The position numbers and the translations under genes are program-made. A DNA stretch of 64,000 nucleotides from Candidatus Eremiobacteria bacterium. Its GTDB lineage: Bacteria > Vulcanimicrobiota > Vulcanimicrobiia > Vulcanimicrobiales > Vulcanimicrobiaceae. The notes beneath the pieces were generated by a model. The model was not told the DNA's origin. It saw nothing but the letters and a program-made list of their open reading frames with translations, and made no database searches. This document shows, one piece after another, positions 61,101-64,000 of the stretch. Where the stretch lies: assembly GCA_963758295.1 (NCBI GenBank), contig CAVWUU010000003.1, forward strand, positions 96,001 through 160,000, written 5' to 3'. The first letter of the stretch is position 1; each line of letters starts with the position of its first letter.

Positions 61101-61489
61101 AGGCTTCTAACGTGCTCTCGTTCGAAGAACTTTTCCACGCGACGCCGCGCTTGGAACTTGCAGGACGCATGGCGTACAAGCTTGACGGCGGCGGATTGTA
61201 CGTCGCAAAGACGACGCTGTACGCGCTTCGCGCACGGCAAACTATCGGCAAAACAAACGACATCGGCGCCGAAGTGCGCACAATTAACGTGCCGGGCGGA
61301 ACCGGTGCGCGCCAAACCGAAGTCGCGGTCGAAGCGGGTCAAACGCTGGGCCGCAGCGCGCGTGTTGGTCTCGGTTACAACCTCTCCGGCAGCGTCGATC
61401 CGACGCTCGTGGGACAAGCGCAACGCCATGGATTCTACCTGACGGTAACGTCTTTGATCGACCGGATCTTCGGATGGGGCAAACCGTGA
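58122..61489 (+). CDS. Large secreted protein with predicted outer-membrane beta-barrel, one frameshift near 59990
   Basis: Signal peptide; Ig-like region (LAPGPNTL, ADGKT); YLTYGDAS; LLRNVDYTIDYATGTLRF; long run of amphipathic beta-strands ending VGLGYN..GFYLTVT. ORFs 58122-60185 and 59906-61489 switch at GGGAAAAAG. Confidence 0.8.
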
Positions 61490-64000
61490 CGCGCCTTGTG
61501 ATGAAACGCGCGCTCGCAATGCTGTTGCTGGCTGCACAAACTGCGGCAGGGATAGCCGCCGGTGAAGTCGCCGCCGTTATTCCGGCTCAAGCAGCGTCGT
61601 ACACGTGTAATGCGGGCAAGGACGGTGCCGCCGGTTCGCTTACAGGCGCATACAACACCTATTACACGCCGCCGGCGGGTACGGCCGCTTCGGGCGCGAC
61701 GTCGATTCAGCTTGGAACCGTGGATACGGGCGGAGGCGGTGCTTCAACCGTCGTTGCTGCGGGGGATTTGTTGCTGATTATTCAGATGCAAGACGGCTCG
61801 CTCAACGACGTCAATTCGTCGTCGTACGGCATGACGAGCGTTGGAAACGCAGGTCTCTACGAGTACGTGCAAGTCGTCTCGGTCAGCGCCGGGACGGCGA
61901 CTATTTACGGTGCCAATGCCGGCAGGCCTCATCAATTCGTACACCGAAGCCGCGGCGACGAGTTCCAGCGGCCAGAAAACGTATCAAATCATTCGCGTGC
62001 CGCAATATGTCAGCGCCACGCTGACGGGCACGTTTCACGCCGGATACTGGGACGGAAAAACCGGCGGCGTGGCCGCGCTGGACATCGCGACGACGTTAAA
62101 CCTAGGCGGCGCTTCGCTTTATGCGACGGGTGACGGATTTCGCGGCGGCGGCGTATCGGTTGCCGGCGGCACCTCGAACTCGGCGGTTTTAAACAGCGAC
62201 TGGATGGTGCCAGGCTTTACGAACAACTCGAACCCGCCGTCGCATGGATTCAAAGGCGAAGGCATTCTCGGAACACCGGCGTACACGTTCGGTTACACCG
62301 TATTCACCACGCCGTCCACGCCCGCGAGCCCAACGGTCAATAAGGGCGCGGCCGACGGGTATCCGGGCGGCGACATGGCGCGCGGCGCGCCGGGTAACGC
62401 GGGCGGCGGCGGCACGGATGCCGATCCCGTTTCGAACGATCAAAACACCGGTGGCGGCGGCGGGTCCAACGGCGGGAACGGCGGCAACGGCGGCTGGCCC
62501 TGGACTCCGAGCGAGCCGCAGTATCCACAAAATTCTCCGGGCGCTAACGCTGCAGGGAATTATGCGGCAGCCGATGCCACGCACAATCCGGACATCGGCG
62601 GGCGCGGCGCAACGGCGATGACGCTTGCTGTTATCGCGCGTTTTCCTGGGCGGCGGCGGCGGCGCCGGTTCGAACAACAACGGTTCAAACAATAACTCTG
62701 CAAACAATTACGGTTCTTCCGGCGGAACAGGCGGCGGCATCATCATGATGCGCATCGCGCGACACGAGCGGTTCGCCGGCAACCATTTATGCCGACGGTA
62801 CTACCGGTCTCGCGCCCGACAACGACGGCGGGGGCGGCGGCGGAGCGGGCGGAACGGTTGTCATCACATCGCCGAAGCAGTTTACCGGCGTTACGGTCTA
62901 TGCTCGCGGCGCAGCGGGAACCTCGGCGTATTACAAAACCGCGGATACGAGCTCGACGACTGCACACGGCCCGGGCGGCGGCGGCGGCGGCGGTGCCGTT
63001 TATTCCAGCAGTCCCGTTACTGCAACCGTTAGCGGCGGTACAAACGGCGTGACCGTTTACGGCGTGAGCGAAGCGTATGGCGCAACGCCGGGCACGGCCG
63101 GCACCTCGTCGGTAATAAGCGCCGGTTCGATTCCGGGCGTGCCGTCCGGCGCCGAATGTTACACCACGCCCACGGCGACGTCGCCGTTGTACCTCGGTCC
63201 GGTCGATGCGACGGAAGCAACGTACAACGGGTCGGATTACACCGGTTCTTACAACGGCTCGGCGAGTGCAACGAACAACGATGATTTCACGGCGCGCAGC
63301 TTCGACCCCGGAGGCGTCGCCATGACGAACGCCGGAACGACGCCGGGCACGCCGGTTGGTAATGCGCTCGCCGGTACTGCGACGGTCAACGTCCCAAACG
63401 AGCTGTACTATAGCAACGCCGGCGTCAATTCCGCAAAGACGCTCACGCTAAGCGGGACTGCGCCGCTGACCCCATCAGGTTGGATTATCCGATTTTGCCC
63501 GGATAGTGCGGGTGTTCCGGACTGCAGCGGCGGGACAACAACGCCGTTTGCGCCCACTACAGCCGGCACAACCACCTCGACGACAATAGCCGTTGCCAAG
63601 AAACAGAATTCCGGGTCGGCAAAATTTTGGGCGGTCTACAGCGCGCCGACAGGCACTACCGCTTTCACGCGTTACGATTCCGTACTGAGCTTGGATGACG
63701 GCACGTCGACGAATCTCACGCACGATGAGCTTTACACCGGGTTCATTCCAATCACGAAGCAAACGACGGTGGTTGCTAACGGGTGTCCTGCGAACGTGAC
63801 GCCGCCGGCGGGCGGAATTTGTCCGGGCGGTGTTTTGCGATATACGCTTGATTACCGCAACATCATGACGGGTGCGGGACAAGGAACCGAAGGGCAGTTG
63901 CTTTCCGCGTTTCTGGCGACCGCGGCCGGACAGTTGAGCATCACCGACAACGGCGCGGCAGCGGGAAATTCGTGGGCCACGAATACGAACGGGCTGAAAG
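61486..64000 (+). CDS. Secreted Gly-rich adhesin-like protein with C-terminal DUF11-type domains; frameshifted and 3'-truncated by window
   Basis: Signal peptide; GDLLLIIQMQ, YQIIRVPQY, WDGKTGG, GFRGG, poly-Gly tracts. Frame 1 near the end reads HDELYTGFIPITKQ..GCP..CPGGVLRYTLDYRN..ITDNG, paralogous to the 53450 gene end. Confidence 0.83.

Noticed and set aside
62390..63000. GGC repeats as a tandem-repeat locus or CRISPR
   Set aside because: They encode poly-Gly tracts; there is no repeat-spacer periodicity and no cas genes.

Overview
A GC-rich bacterial chromosomal window with about 55 protein-coding genes. I found no rRNA, tRNA, CRISPR array, integrase or transposase. The gene repertoire (cyclase-STAND-TPR protein, tandem VPS10-like propellers, RsbW-like paralogues, many Ser/Pro-linker secreted proteins) suggests Eremiobacterota/Vulcanimicrobiota, but this is an inference. 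Many conserved genes carry single-base frameshifts that look like long-read consensus errors. The backbone holds FtsW/RodA, ygiD, a PadR-led beta-oxidation operon, HiPIP, ettA, Dyp, a DEAD-box helicase, a desaturase, a PQQ/cytochrome c dehydrogenase and pxpBCA. Two things stand out. (1) A five-gene DUF11 operon (53.0 kb to window end) whose domain layout reads as a donor-hairpin, possibly isopeptide-crosslinked pilus: a candidate chaperone, shaft, base adaptor, outer-membrane barrel and Gly-rich tip adhesin. (2) Three divergent copies of the 3' end of one HExxH metallopeptidase gene (9.5-11.9 kb), all starting at about the same codon and each separated by one cargo gene. This looks like repeated integration with 3'-end replacement, with no integrase in the window.
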